Positions 20,059-31,145 of a DNA stretch of 64,000 bases are shown in pieces. Every line of letters begins with the position of its first letter. Positions within the stretch are counted from its first letter, which is position 1. The notes under the pieces were generated by a model. That model saw nothing but the letters and a program-made list of their open reading frames with translations. It ran no database searches and was not told the origin of the DNA. Origin of the DNA: Candidatus Poribacteria bacterium. Lineage in GTDB: Bacteria; Poribacteria; WGA-4E; PCPOR2b. Made by a program: the position numbers and the translations under genes. The DNA is taken from the NCBI GenBank assembly GCA_965208675.1, contig OZ242351.1:3328001-3392000 (forward strand), written 5' to 3'.

Positions 20059-20475
20059 ATGTCCGAGCAAGGAGTTCCTCAAGAGAGTTGGACTGTCCAC
20101 CCGCTCTGCGACAGTTGGAAGCGCTCTGCACTCTTGTTCCTTTTCCTCACCGCTATTTTCATTACCGTCTATTTTTTCTGGCGGTCTGTGTGGGTTACGC
20201 TTTTTTCGGCGATACTTCTAATTGGATCGCTGTACCGGTATTTCGTGCCATTCCGTTATGAACTCTTCGCGGATGGATTAGTTGTTACGTCATTGTTTTA
20301 CCGCGTTGCAAAACCGTGGTCAGACTTCCATAGCTTCTATGTCGATCGCAACGGCGTATTGCTTAGCCCATTCGCCAAACCCTCCCGCCTTGAGAATTTC
20401 CGAGGCCTATATGTCCGTTTTGGTTCCAACCGTCTCGAAGTGATTGATTTCATCAAACGAAAAATTTCATCATGA
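20059..20475 (+). CDS. Conserved hypothetical membrane protein (2 TM plus PH-like soluble part)
   Basis: Two TM helices then 'W..F.SFYVDRNGVLLSPF..PSRLENFRG'. Confidence 0.7.
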   Translation: MSEQGVPQESWTVHPLCDSWKRSALLFLFLTAIFITVYFFWRSVWVTLFSAILLIGSLYRYFVPFRYELFADGLVVTSLFYRVAKPWSDFHSFYVDRNGVLLSPFAKPSRLENFRGLYVRFGSNRLEVIDFIKRKISS

Positions 20476-20757
20476 AGTTGTAGGTGGACGCGACCCATGA
20501 CATCAATCGCCGAGACTGATGAAAGATTGCGGCCGGATAGGTGCTTTTCGGTAGTTAATCAGTTACTGATATGTCCGAGTCCGCGATTTTGTATTTGATT
20601 AAAAAATCTAGTTGTGCTATACTAAAAACCCTGATTGAACCAAGCAATCCACAATAAATCCACCAGCAGTGATGGGATTAACCGAATGAATGATGAGGGC
20701 GATAGTATTCCAAGTCGCCAAAGTTTTGAAGTTCCCGCTAAGGAGGTAAAATCTCTA

Positions 20758-21549
20758 ATGAAGAGTTCGAACGACTCTGTAAAAATGAATATTGTTGCAT
20801 TGCTCATATTTACCTTATTCGTTGCCGGCTGTATGGGAGGAACCGCGTTAAAACACGAAGCGCCGGTTCTCCCTCCTGAGAATCTACCCGAAGATATCGT
20901 GCTTGACGCAGAAAACCCTGACTTTTTCAAAATCGCTGCCAAAGGCCCAATACTTTCAATGACGCAGAAGGATATTACCGTTTCACTTTCCTATTGGCGA
21001 AACGCCGATCTTAATTTTAGATACAATCGCGGGAGTTCAGTCTCACCTTTTTTTGAAACAGAAGGACTTAAACAAGGCGATAAGACAGATGTCTTTTATG
21101 TGAAAATCGAAAACAACAGTCCCCAGAAAGTAATCTTCAAGGTACAGGGAAGACGGGCTAGAGATGTGGGGGGATCGACGGCGATATGTGAAATAGCCGA
21201 TAAGAGAGAGAATCGTTTCCCAGTGCTGAGTTACGCAGATTTGGAGCAACGTCTCAGATACATGTCAAAGGTCGGCGGGATGTATGTCAAGAATGGACTC
21301 GCGATAGCCAAGCAAATCTTACTAGAACTTCAGATTCCAGACGATGTAATACTACCGGGAGAAAGCGCCGAAGGTTTCCTTCCATTTCAAGAGCTGAAAC
21401 TAAACACCAGAGAGTTAGAAGTAATCATCCCGTTGGAGAAAGCGCCGCCGGAAGGTACAGCAGGGCGTTATCAAAACGTAGTGTTCAGATTCCCCTTTGA
21501 ACACTCCGAATCGATTAGACACGCTCAACCTCCCACCACCAGATACTGA
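20758..21549 (+). CDS. Hypothetical lipoprotein
   Basis: AAGGAGG RBS upstream of ATG 20758; signal peptide with lipobox VAG-C. Confidence 0.7.
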   Translation: MKSSNDSVKMNIVALLIFTLFVAGCMGGTALKHEAPVLPPENLPEDIVLDAENPDFFKIAAKGPILSMTQKDITVSLSYWRNADLNFRYNRGSSVSPFFETEGLKQGDKTDVFYVKIENNSPQKVIFKVQGRRARDVGGSTAICEIADKRENRFPVLSYADLEQRLRYMSKVGGMYVKNGLAIAKQILLELQIPDDVILPGESAEGFLPFQELKLNTRELEVIIPLEKAPPEGTAGRYQNVVFRFPFEHSESIRHAQPPTTRY

Positions 21550-22167
21550 TGGCAGCAGCGTAGTGTCTGAAGTAGTTCATCTTCAATGTCGGTAGGCTTA
21601 ATTTAATCGCCTCTTTCTCATTGCGAGTTGATTTCCATTTTGGCGGGACAGCCGTGTTTGGCTAGATTTACAACCATTGATGAAGTGCGTTTTTACAAAA
21701 TGGCGTGCTATCTTCGCTTGGACGCTGAAGTCATGTAAATGTCAAGTGCGACTAACCCCCATCTCTATCTCTTTTTTGCTCGCAGCTTTAGGTATTTTCC
21801 ATTTGTCAATTTAACATTAATAGTTCGGCTTTCATGGCTGAAAGCAGCCTAGATTTCAAAAGTAGTCTCCCGCTTGGTTTAATATCCCTCCAGTATCTTG
21901 CCGTTAACTCTTTCAATGGCGCTGTCCTCGGCAGCTAATGCCATTTCTCCAAGATGCCAGTGCATAAAAAGCGGAATCAAGCAAGAATTTCCTGCAATGC
22001 TCGCCGCTTTAACACCAACCCATCACCTTCGCTGCCAACACCGTACGCTTACGTGCGCTCGTAACCATAGTCCATCGCTCAAACACACAATTCAAAATTC
22101 CGACAGCCGCCTCGCCAAAGCCGAAATGCGGGCTATGCAATAGGGGGTCTCTCTTGCGTGAACGGCG

Positions 22168-23919
22168 TCAAACCTTGAAGATTTCTCCTAGACGGTTGCC
22201 GAGAAATCGTCCGGCGGCGATGAGGCATGCAGTCAATATAAACATCCCAACTACACCCATTGCACTGGCGACATAGGCTCCCCCTACCGGACGTTGCGAG
22301 AGATTCCAGATGGCTTTGGTAATTGGGTTGAATTGGTCTCGCATTGACAATATTAAGCTGTCGGCGACTTCCAACATTGAGAATGAGAACACCAGAATAG
22401 ACCCAGCGATGATATTGGCTGCCACTAGCGGAAGCGTAATCTTGTAGAGTGAACGTGCTGGACTTGCGCCTAGATTCTGCGAGGCTTCCTCGAATGTAAC
22501 GCTGGTTTGCTGGAGTCCGGCATAAATCGAGCGAAGCATATACGGTAACCGCCGCACAGCGTAGCTAATGATTAGCAGTGCAATAGGGTTTTGGCGAGGG
22601 TCTAATTTTGACACAATTTGATCCGGTAGATGGCGGAGTAGCAGTGTCGTATTCGCGAAGCTTCCGACATAACCAAATGCAAGCGCCACGCCGGGGAGCG
22701 CTAAGGGTAACATCGCGATAGCATCAATTGAATTTTTGAAAGGAATGCGTTTTCGGGTGAGCAAATACGATATCAGAATGCCAAAGATGAGCGCCAGTAA
22801 GGTACTGAACGTGCTGTAAAGTAAGCTGTTCTTAATGCTAGGAAGGGTATCATTGTGAGTGAACACGGTTTCATAATGTTTCGGTGTGTAGCTTTGCGGG
22901 AAAACACTGAAATTCCATTGACTTGCATCGGGGGTTAGAGAGGTCAACACCACGCTGATGTGCGGGAGGAATGCTATGAGAAAAATTCCCCCCACCACTA
23001 TATAAATCACGAGGCGCATCCGCTTGCTGGCTTGAACTTCACGAGTGCTGACATGACCGCGTCCCAACATTGCATACTGTTTGTTGCCTGTATACCGTTT
23101 GGATACATAGAATGCGATTGCAGTTAGCAAAATAACCAAAACAACGAGTGCGTATCCCATCGGGTTAACGTTTGCGTCTGTGACTTGCCGGAAAATTTGT
23201 ACCGCAATAACTTCGTTATAGTTCAAAATTAACGGTGTGCCCAAATCAGTGAACGCCCAGATGAAAACAAGAATAGCGCCGGCGAAATAGCCGGGCAGCA
23301 TAAGCGGGAATGTAATCGTCCAAAGCACTTTGAGGCGCGAAGCACCCATGTTTTCGGCTGCTTCCTCCAGACTGCGATCTACATTGGATAGGGCAGCGAC
23401 AACGTTTAAGTACATGATTGGATAGAGGTGCAGAGTTGCTAGCAGCACTACCCCCCAAAAACCGCTGCCGAACCAGTCAATTGGTTCGGCAAATTCAATG
23501 AGTCCAATCTTCATGAGGAACATATTCACGCTGCCATACAACCCAAAAAACTTCTGCATGCCAATCGCGCCGACGAAGGGCGGCATTATTATCGGAATCA
23601 GGATGATGCCCTGCAGGGTACTCCGTCCGGGGAAGCGATAACGCGTCAAGAAATAGGCGAGGGGAAGGCTAACGAATGTTGCAGCAATTGTTACGGCGAT
23701 TCCAATCTTAAAGCTGTTAGTTACTAGTTCACGTGCGTTTCCATCCGTAACAATTAGCTTAAAATACGATAGGCTGAATCTTCCATCGATCCAAAAAGAT
23801 TCTTTGAATATGTAAAGAAGGGGATATATCAGGAATATGGTGAAGAAAAGGACAATTGGTAGGAGCAGGACGAAAACAGAGCGATCAAGCGAACGAATAG
23901 TGAGTGCGATAGTCTTCAC
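22168..23919 (-). CDS. ABC transporter permease, FbpB/ThiP (Fe3+-type) with two fused BPD_transp domains
   Basis: Two EAA loops ('LEEAAENMGAS', 'FEEASQNLGAS'); 'PPFVGA'; many TM segments. Confidence 0.9.
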   Translation of the reverse strand: MKTIALTIRSLDRSVFVLLLPIVLFFTIFLIYPLLYIFKESFWIDGRFSLSYFKLIVTDGNARELVTNSFKIGIAVTIAATFVSLPLAYFLTRYRFPGRSTLQGIILIPIIMPPFVGAIGMQKFFGLYGSVNMFLMKIGLIEFAEPIDWFGSGFWGVVLLATLHLYPIMYLNVVAALSNVDRSLEEAAENMGASRLKVLWTITFPLMLPGYFAGAILVFIWAFTDLGTPLILNYNEVIAVQIFRQVTDANVNPMGYALVVLVILLTAIAFYVSKRYTGNKQYAMLGRGHVSTREVQASKRMRLVIYIVVGGIFLIAFLPHISVVLTSLTPDASQWNFSVFPQSYTPKHYETVFTHNDTLPSIKNSLLYSTFSTLLALIFGILISYLLTRKRIPFKNSIDAIAMLPLALPGVALAFGYVGSFANTTLLLRHLPDQIVSKLDPRQNPIALLIISYAVRRLPYMLRSIYAGLQQTSVTFEEASQNLGASPARSLYKITLPLVAANIIAGSILVFSFSMLEVADSLILSMRDQFNPITKAIWNLSQRPVGGAYVASAMGVVGMFILTACLIAAGRFLGNRLGEIFKV

Positions 23920-24224
23920 TAGTTTTGGGGATTACACCCCTTTTTGATCGGATTTAAGGTGATGTATAATTTTTGGTTGCCGTGACTATAAACAAATTTT
24001 GTTTGTAAGATTGTAGGTTAGCTTGAACAATCAACTGAGCGAATAGCAAAGACGGTAGTCTTATCATATTAAGAGGACATCGGTTTTACGTGGGCGGCTG
24101 ATGCCAAGTCGGTAACAGCGTCAATAATTTTAGAAAATTAAGCCGCCCATAAGATTTAAACCTCGCCACTCGAATGAGTTAGATGCAAATTGGGGAAACG
24201 CGCTGGCAATATAGCGGCTGTTCT

Positions 24225-25943
24225 CTATCTGGGCACAACAGCGAGTTCCCGATTTAAATTATACATTAGCGGTCGGCGGTCAAAATCGTCTACGAAGTCG
24301 TACAGTCCGTAAAGAATCGATCCGTCATTTTGAATCGTTTTGTCTTGAAGCGAGTCATATGCGAGGTTTTTTAGATACTCGTTTTTTTCGCCAATCCTTT
24401 GCGCGACAAGATTACGCCGCGTAGTAAAACGTACAGCTTTCTCCAGCTGCGTTGGAACGGGTGCTGAGATGTTCAGTGTGTCAGCGTTTTTGCTAATGCG
24501 ATACGTCTTCTTATTTTCGTGATTGACTATCAGCCACTAGCTGCCCTTGTCTTCAATCGAGATTTTGGCATTCTTGGGTAGGGGGAGGCTATTGTTTTGG
24601 AATTCTTGCCGCAGATTAACCGAAATTTTTCGTTTATCCAATTCAGTTTGGAACTCTATCCCAATACTAGCGAGCGGCTTTTGACGCAGTTGGAGAAACC
24701 TCTTCATCAAATACCAACGCTTAGGCCCGCCGTTATAGAAGGTGTAGTCTGTCCAGTACGACGGATTGAGATTTCGATCTAGGTTTAATTCGGTTTTGAG
24801 GAGAGCAGCATTGTCGCCGTAAAATTTCATACATTCATCATATAAGTCATACATCTCATCCCGTTTGAGGTGATAAGCAGCTAGAAAAGCGCTGATATGG
24901 GGCCTTTTAAGCAAATTGATATAATATCTGCCCGCAGGGTTTTTCGTGGGGTTGAAAGTGCCTTTTAGCTCTGCTTCGAGTCGAGTCAAATAGTTCGTCC
25001 ATGTCAGCGGTTCACCCGTCTCTACGTCTTTACCAAGGTTAAGAAATTCCAGAAAGGGGCTATATACCGGGGAGCCCGGATTCATAATGTCGCGGATTAA
25101 CCCGGGTAAAACCGCCAAGTTATTTTGTGCAATCCCAATATCATCGTTATTTACTCGGGCGTCATTGCGGCCTACTGCGATTTCATCGAAGTTCGATTCA
25201 ATCTCAAAAATTTTCAAAAGCCGCAGTGGATCCACGCCAGCTACTTGCCCAGCCACAAGCGCAAACGGGAAATAACGCCTGCCTTCAAACAGAACGTGCC
25301 GCAACGTCATCGGTGAATAGCCGGGAACCTTGAGACCCTTCTGATAGATTAGTTCATCTGTCGTAATTCCGTAGACCCTTCGCTCAGTCTCAAGATCGAA
25401 ATTTTTATAAATCCAATAAGCTTGTTCAATCGCCGCTGCAATTCGGTTCTCAAAGGTCAGTTGATAAGTCGAACGCAATGTTTCATCGTAAACGACGACT
25501 GATTGCCCATGCCAATCTCTTTGAGCATATCCTGACACTGCGAGTTCAATCAACTTCTGTTGTAGATCCATGCCGGGCTGCGTAAGCTGATTTAGTACGT
25601 CATCTATTGCCGCGTCCTGAATTGTCTTTTGATTGGTCAACGTAACAGCAAGCGTCTGGTTATTTTTTAGATAATGCCAAACTGTGTCATGGTCCTTTAC
25701 AATACGATACCCAAGGAAAACACCTAGTGCAGAGATACCTAGAGCGGTTAATATGGACGCGATTATCAAAATTATTCGGGAAGTTTTTTTAGCTATTGCG
25801 AAAAGGGAAGTTTTCGGTACAAACGGCGGAATCAATTTATGCAGGCAATCACCCATTTTTTTCTCATCCAAAACGAGCGGTTCAATTTGTGAAGGACCCG
25901 ACTTTCGCCGATTACGATTCCATTTTCGCTGTGGTGTTGTCAT
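24225..25943 (-). pseudogene. Membrane-anchored lytic-transglycosylase-like protein interrupted by an in-frame TAG at 24537-24539
   Basis: N-terminal TM; SLT-like 'IFEIESNF..IA', 'GIAQ', 'YNGGP'; frame stays open for 103 codons after the TAG until the TAG at 24225-24227. Confidence 0.55.
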
Positions 25944-26048
25944 AGTATTCTAAACTAAACGGTGAGTGTCTCGAATGGGGCCCTGAATAGTGTTAATCTG
26001 CTGATTCACGTTCAAACAATTCAATGTTCGAGGTTTTAAAAATTTTCG

Positions 26049-28202
26049 TCACACATTGCTCATGAAGAAATATTCCAGCTGTTCGATGGGGGTTTCCAAC
26101 CGAGCCGGCATCAGCTCGCTGACAAGCGATCGAAGTTGCTTTTCCCCGCCCGGAATTGTATGCAACTGCAAGTTTTGCATATTGAGGTAGTGCTGAAGTT
26201 GTTGGATAAGAAATGTCTGCAACCCGTTCCCTGATTCGTGCAGTTGGGATGGAAGCAGTGCCGGGACACAAATGCCGCTGATAAAGGTCTCAATGAGTTG
26301 GGTATACTCATCAAGTTGTTGCGCAATCTGACGGTATTCCTGAGCGGCATTTTCGCGTATCTGCTTGTTAAAATCTGCCACATCGCGCCGTACAAGTTGG
26401 ACGTACTCTTCGTTCCACTCATTTTCAATGTATTGCCTATTGTTGGTGCAAATTCCTTTTAATTCCCCGGTAATTTGCATGAGGCGATTCGAAGTTGTGT
26501 TCTTTATAGTCTTATCAATTTCAGCCGCTAGTTGGGCGAGTGTCCCGATGAATTCTAGTTCAAAAGCCCTGATATCGCCCGTTGGTTCGTCTTTCATCAA
26601 TTCCACAAGCAGATTGGAAATATCATGTAACGCACGGGACTGCTTCAGATGAAGCAGCACAAGTATGTAGCTTGACTTTCCCAAGCTCAATGCAACATCG
26701 TAGGAAGAAAAGGAAGTCTGGTTTTGAATGTCGTGAACTTCTTTTTGGGATTTGAGCAATTGTTCATAATAACTCTCTTGCTCGCCTTGAATAGCGGAGT
26801 AAGTGCCGGTGTTTGGGACTTCAAACACTCTCTTTGTAAGAATTTCACGTTTGTCATTGATTTCGCGGTGCCGCTGCATTTCATCCGCATCTTCTAAGGC
26901 TTTGGCTAACGATTCGATAGTTGGGTGAAGCCGATCTATTTGTGCGCGAATCGGCGGATAGGCATCATAGCGCGCATCCGTTGTGATGTTTCGAATATTC
27001 CCGAGTACCTCGCCGAGTCTTTCTTCATACGCCTGATCTTCAAGCGGTGAATATATTGCTTCCTCCGCGTTCATGTCCTCCTCGGCCAGGAACATGTGCA
27101 TGAATCGATAAAAATGCTCAAGTTGATTATCTTGCAGCAAACTCGCCTCTACGTAGAAGCAGAGTTTATCTTTGATAATTGTGCAGCTATCAATCACTGA
27201 GGCGCGGTCCAGGCTCAATGCTGCCAAGCTAAGGTAAAAGAGATCTTCCTCAAGTTCGGCGAAGTGCTTTTCAAAAGCCAAAGCTATTTTTTCGTAAGCT
27301 TCATCAGAAATTGATTGATGCCGGTTTTGGTTGCCATCCGAACGATGAAAATCGCTAGCTTGTTGGCGGGTCTTCGTAATAATCAAAGGCGGATTGTCAT
27401 CCGCTGCGCGGCTAGAAGGTCTACGCATCGACGATTCCTGATTATAAATATTAAGAGCAGCTTGATAGTGGCGCAGCAATTCGCCGTTACCGAGTTCAAT
27501 CAGCAGCGACTCGATTGTGTTTTTCGGATCGAGGGCAATTCCCTCCTGCGCAAGCAATCTGTTAGATAAAGCAGCAAACCCTTCGCCGCCCAAATTCCGG
27601 AATGGGCGCAGCAGAAATGCGCGTCCATCTTCAATGTAGATCTTTTGCTTGCCCAGTGGAAAGCGGTTCTTGATGTGACCTCTTTCGTTATCGAACCAGA
27701 TTTCCATGGGGAAAGCATTGTTGTAGACCTGAAAATTGATGGTGCCTTCCAGTAACCGATCGAACAAATCTCGGCGGATGTGCTCAAGGTCATTAACATC
27801 AATAAGAATCATCGAAGCGTTATCGTTCGTATGCAGATTTGCATCAATGATTTTGTCGTTTGGAACCAAATAACGCCGTTCGAAAAAATGAATGCCCGTA
27901 ACATTATCGTTCGTAATGGCAAGCCTTGGTATATCATACTCATCATAATAATAATATGATTTCCAACTAAGCGCACGCCGTCTCATCTTCTCAAACAACT
28001 GGAAAGAGAGACGTTGTTTGACTTTTCTTTCACGCTTCGGCACGGATTCTGCCTGATACGGAACAAGTGCACCCTTTGTATCAGGAACCTGTAAACTGAG
28101 TTGTGGCAGCGATGAAGTTTTTTTCTTACTTGGTAGGCGGGTTAGCGCTTTATCAAGATATTCATTCCAATCGATCATCTTCATCTCCTTATACAACATC
28201 AT
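26049..28202 (-). CDS. Large hypothetical protein with coiled-coil-rich C-terminal half
   Basis: 717-aa ORF; AAGGAG RBS before the MKMID start region; no recognisable motif. Confidence 0.75.
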   Translation of the reverse strand: MMLYKEMKMIDWNEYLDKALTRLPSKKKTSSLPQLSLQVPDTKGALVPYQAESVPKRERKVKQRLSFQLFEKMRRRALSWKSYYYYDEYDIPRLAITNDNVTGIHFFERRYLVPNDKIIDANLHTNDNASMILIDVNDLEHIRRDLFDRLLEGTINFQVYNNAFPMEIWFDNERGHIKNRFPLGKQKIYIEDGRAFLLRPFRNLGGEGFAALSNRLLAQEGIALDPKNTIESLLIELGNGELLRHYQAALNIYNQESSMRRPSSRAADDNPPLIITKTRQQASDFHRSDGNQNRHQSISDEAYEKIALAFEKHFAELEEDLFYLSLAALSLDRASVIDSCTIIKDKLCFYVEASLLQDNQLEHFYRFMHMFLAEEDMNAEEAIYSPLEDQAYEERLGEVLGNIRNITTDARYDAYPPIRAQIDRLHPTIESLAKALEDADEMQRHREINDKREILTKRVFEVPNTGTYSAIQGEQESYYEQLLKSQKEVHDIQNQTSFSSYDVALSLGKSSYILVLLHLKQSRALHDISNLLVELMKDEPTGDIRAFELEFIGTLAQLAAEIDKTIKNTTSNRLMQITGELKGICTNNRQYIENEWNEEYVQLVRRDVADFNKQIRENAAQEYRQIAQQLDEYTQLIETFISGICVPALLPSQLHESGNGLQTFLIQQLQHYLNMQNLQLHTIPGGEKQLRSLVSELMPARLETPIEQLEYFFMSNV

Positions 28203-28325
28203 GTGGGCATTGATGTTGATAATTTGGCATGTGATGCTGAATCTATAGGGAGTTGGCGCCTAGAAGTAGAGCGTACGTGAGAAATTACTGAAAGAGCTTT
28301 TGACAATTAGCCACTCAAAATGTGG

Positions 28326-28354
28326 TTTCAATTTATGGCAAAATGGTGTATAAT
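28326..28354 (+). promoter_or_regulatory. Putative sigma70 promoter for 28570
   Basis: TTTCAA-17 bp-TATAAT. Confidence 0.4.
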
Positions 28355-28569
28355 GCTAGATTGAGGGTTGCTTAATGGCGTATAACGTAAGGGGAAACCC
28401 GACCTTAAAATTTCAAGATTTGGCGTCGTAGGACAAATCAATTCGGCAAGTATGATGATTTATTATTGAGTTTGCTGCACTCGTCAATTTCCAAGTATTT
28501 TCGCCGAATAGATTAAAATAGCATGCCGGTGGCTGTTCAAACACCTTACATATTGTAGCATAGCTCCAC

Positions 28570-29556
28570 ATGGAAGAAAAGAAAAATAAATCCATCGTCG
28601 GTCGTTACCAGCAATTAGTAATGAGTTACGATCCATCTGTAGTAACATTGCCTTCGGAGGAAGATTTGAAGAAGGCACTGTTACTGTTAGATTTGTTGGC
28701 TGGGGACTTCGAAAAATCCATCGGCTTTCTGAATCAATTGGAACACTTTGCTTCCGCGCCTCTCGATTTCAAGACATTTCAAAGGAAGATGACGGATCTC
28801 ATAGAAGGTACCAGAGAAATTACTGAGCGAGCACTCGATAATTACCACTACCTTACAGGCAATCTCAAGGACATTTATACTATTTTTACACAAACCGTTG
28901 AATCGGAAAATGCCATCGGTGAAACTCATGAAAGTATAAATGCGCGGTTTAGATTTTGGATGCACTCAGTTCGGACTGAAAATGCAGGCGAAGGGGAAAT
29001 CTCAAAAGAAATACGAGCCTTTTCTGAATTTATCCAGTTGCTGTCAAATGAACAATCGGGGTATGCCTATTTTTTATCTCCCCTTGGGGGAACGCACGTA
29101 CTCATCTGCCAGAGTGCCCCTCTTGAAAGTAGTTCAGAGCAGTTTGAGCTCCATTTTTCCACCTACGTGGAAGCGCCGGGCGCTCCTTTTAAAAATTTAA
29201 AACGGGCATGGAACAAAATGTGCAGCGCCGCCAATAAGAGGGTTTACCATCTTTTCCGCGACTCACCCCCAAGCCCTACGATTGGAACATTCAAAGAGCG
29301 ATTGTCGGTTTCCATCCCGCCCTATACACCGCATCGCTACAATCACGCGGAGCAACTTACCAAGATTATCTATGACTTCATCAACGTTTACGGCGTTGAC
29401 GCACGACGTCATGTCCACCTGTTGAGCCACGATGATAAATTTGCCGTTTTCACGACCGATAGTCCAATACGGTTCGATGGACGATTTGTTGACCTAGCGG
29501 ATGTTGATACTGCTAGCGAATTACTTGGAGGCGACTACCGCGTTATTATTGAATAA
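28570..29556 (+). CDS. Hypothetical protein
   Basis: 328-aa ORF divergent from 26049..28202; no recognisable motif. Confidence 0.7.
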   Translation: MEEKKNKSIVGRYQQLVMSYDPSVVTLPSEEDLKKALLLLDLLAGDFEKSIGFLNQLEHFASAPLDFKTFQRKMTDLIEGTREITERALDNYHYLTGNLKDIYTIFTQTVESENAIGETHESINARFRFWMHSVRTENAGEGEISKEIRAFSEFIQLLSNEQSGYAYFLSPLGGTHVLICQSAPLESSSEQFELHFSTYVEAPGAPFKNLKRAWNKMCSAANKRVYHLFRDSPPSPTIGTFKERLSVSIPPYTPHRYNHAEQLTKIIYDFINVYGVDARRHVHLLSHDDKFAVFTTDSPIRFDGRFVDLADVDTASELLGGDYRVIIE

Positions 29557-30003
29557 ATCGCAAGGCGTGGATATTCATCTCCAACACAAATTGGTGCTAA
29601 CCGCCAGTTTTTCAGTATTAGCGATAATCCTCCAGTATTTTACTACTCAAATAAAACCCCAAGACATTGGAGACATCGAAAATACGCTACTTGCAGCTAC
29701 ATTACCCAGCCTTTAAAAGCAATTACCTAGCATGTAACGAAATCCAAGCGGCGTTTCTTCCCAAGTACAAATCGTACCATCGCGGAGTCGCAAGAACAGG
29801 AGGCTTCCAGCGTTCAATGGTCTTGACACAGGATGGATATCCGTGTAAAATAACAACAACCTTTTTTGATTCTCCTTAGAGACTTGTCTTCGTCGAAGGG
29901 CAAGCCATACAAATTTGCAAATGCACGGCTGATAACTAACCAATCATTGTTAAAAATATGCACAGCAGCAGGTTTAAACACCGTAAGAGGGAGGTGACAA
30001 TCT

Positions 30004-31023
30004 GTGCAAACTCGAAAAATCAACTCAACGGTTGTGTTCATTGGTGTGCTGTTTTTGTCCAGCGCCGCTGTGTTAATGATTGCTCAAGCGCAAGCCCCTA
30101 TACGTTCAACCATTGCCGTTGCTACTTCGGGAGCGGATGGATTCGGAATCTTTATCGTGGATCCGAAGAGACCCCATGGCGGTGCAGAGCAACTCCTTGA
30201 AATTGAAGGAGACCCCATTCCCGGTGGATTGGAATGGTCCCCGGACGGCACCAAGATAGCTTTCCATACCCAAGTTGGACAGAATATAGATGTTTTCATT
30301 GTCAATGGACACGGGGATGGGCTCAAAAAACTGACCGACCATGAAGCCGAAGATAGCTGGCCCGCATGGCACCCGAGCGGTCAAAAGCTGGCATTCACGA
30401 CCAATCGCGACGGCAACCTGGAGATTTACACAATGACATCTTCCGGGGTAGTTATCGAAAACCTAACAAACGATCCCGCGCCAGACAAAAATCCCGCGTG
30501 GTCCCCAAATGGTCGTAGTATAGCTTTCGCTTCCAAGCGCGGCCGTACTATCTCTGATGTCTGGATAATGGATTCCGCAGGAGCAAACCCGCAGAATCTG
30601 ACCAATCACAAGGGAGAAGATATTGAACCCTCGTGGTCGTGGGACGGACATAAGATTGCCTTCACGACCCGCCGGTTTGGATCCGGGCGCGCCATGACAA
30701 TGGCCCCTGATGGCGGCAACCTGCTCAAGATTTCGGGACCGGACGTTGAGCGAAGAGATCCCGAGTTTTCACCGGATGGTAAAGAAATCGCTACTGTGTG
30801 GTTCGGCGGCGGCCAGACACGTCTGGATATATATTCAAGTGACGGCAAGCACGCGGATGCCGACCAACATGGGCCGCCGGTGTGGGATATCATAGATCTC
30901 GGGTTCCCGAGTGCAGGGCCGGCTTGGTTTGACCCCGACTTTGTGGTGCCATTCTCCGTTGCTCCTACGGACAAACGCCCTTTGAGCTGGGGTTGGCTTA
31001 AGAGCGCAGGAATAGAGAAATAA
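30004..31023 (+). CDS. Secreted TolB-like PD40 propeller protein (paralog 1 of 3)
   Basis: GGAGG RBS; signal peptide (AQA); 'WSPDGTKIAF', 'RDGNLEIY'; tail VAPTDKRPLSWGWLK. Confidence 0.87.
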   Translation: MQTRKINSTVVFIGVLFLSSAAVLMIAQAQAPIRSTIAVATSGADGFGIFIVDPKRPHGGAEQLLEIEGDPIPGGLEWSPDGTKIAFHTQVGQNIDVFIVNGHGDGLKKLTDHEAEDSWPAWHPSGQKLAFTTNRDGNLEIYTMTSSGVVIENLTNDPAPDKNPAWSPNGRSIAFASKRGRTISDVWIMDSAGANPQNLTNHKGEDIEPSWSWDGHKIAFTTRRFGSGRAMTMAPDGGNLLKISGPDVERRDPEFSPDGKEIATVWFGGGQTRLDIYSSDGKHADADQHGPPVWDIIDLGFPSAGPAWFDPDFVVPFSVAPTDKRPLSWGWLKSAGIEK

Positions 31024-31145
31024 TCTCTTTTAGTGAGGAATATTTCAACAGCAATTAATTGCGTGCGAAGAGATGCCAAAACATCTTGGACCAATATTGA
31101 CGCTCCTGCATTGAATTGGTGTAAATCATCTTGGGAGGTTGACTT

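Noticed and set aside
21550-22167. Possible ncRNA or small ORF (21898..22143) in a long intergenic gap
   Set aside because: No recognisable RNA motif, RBS or protein features
24537-24539. Genome-wide amber recoding
   Set aside because: Several well-identified genes (e.g. secG, amtB, pgsA) end at TAG at the expected length
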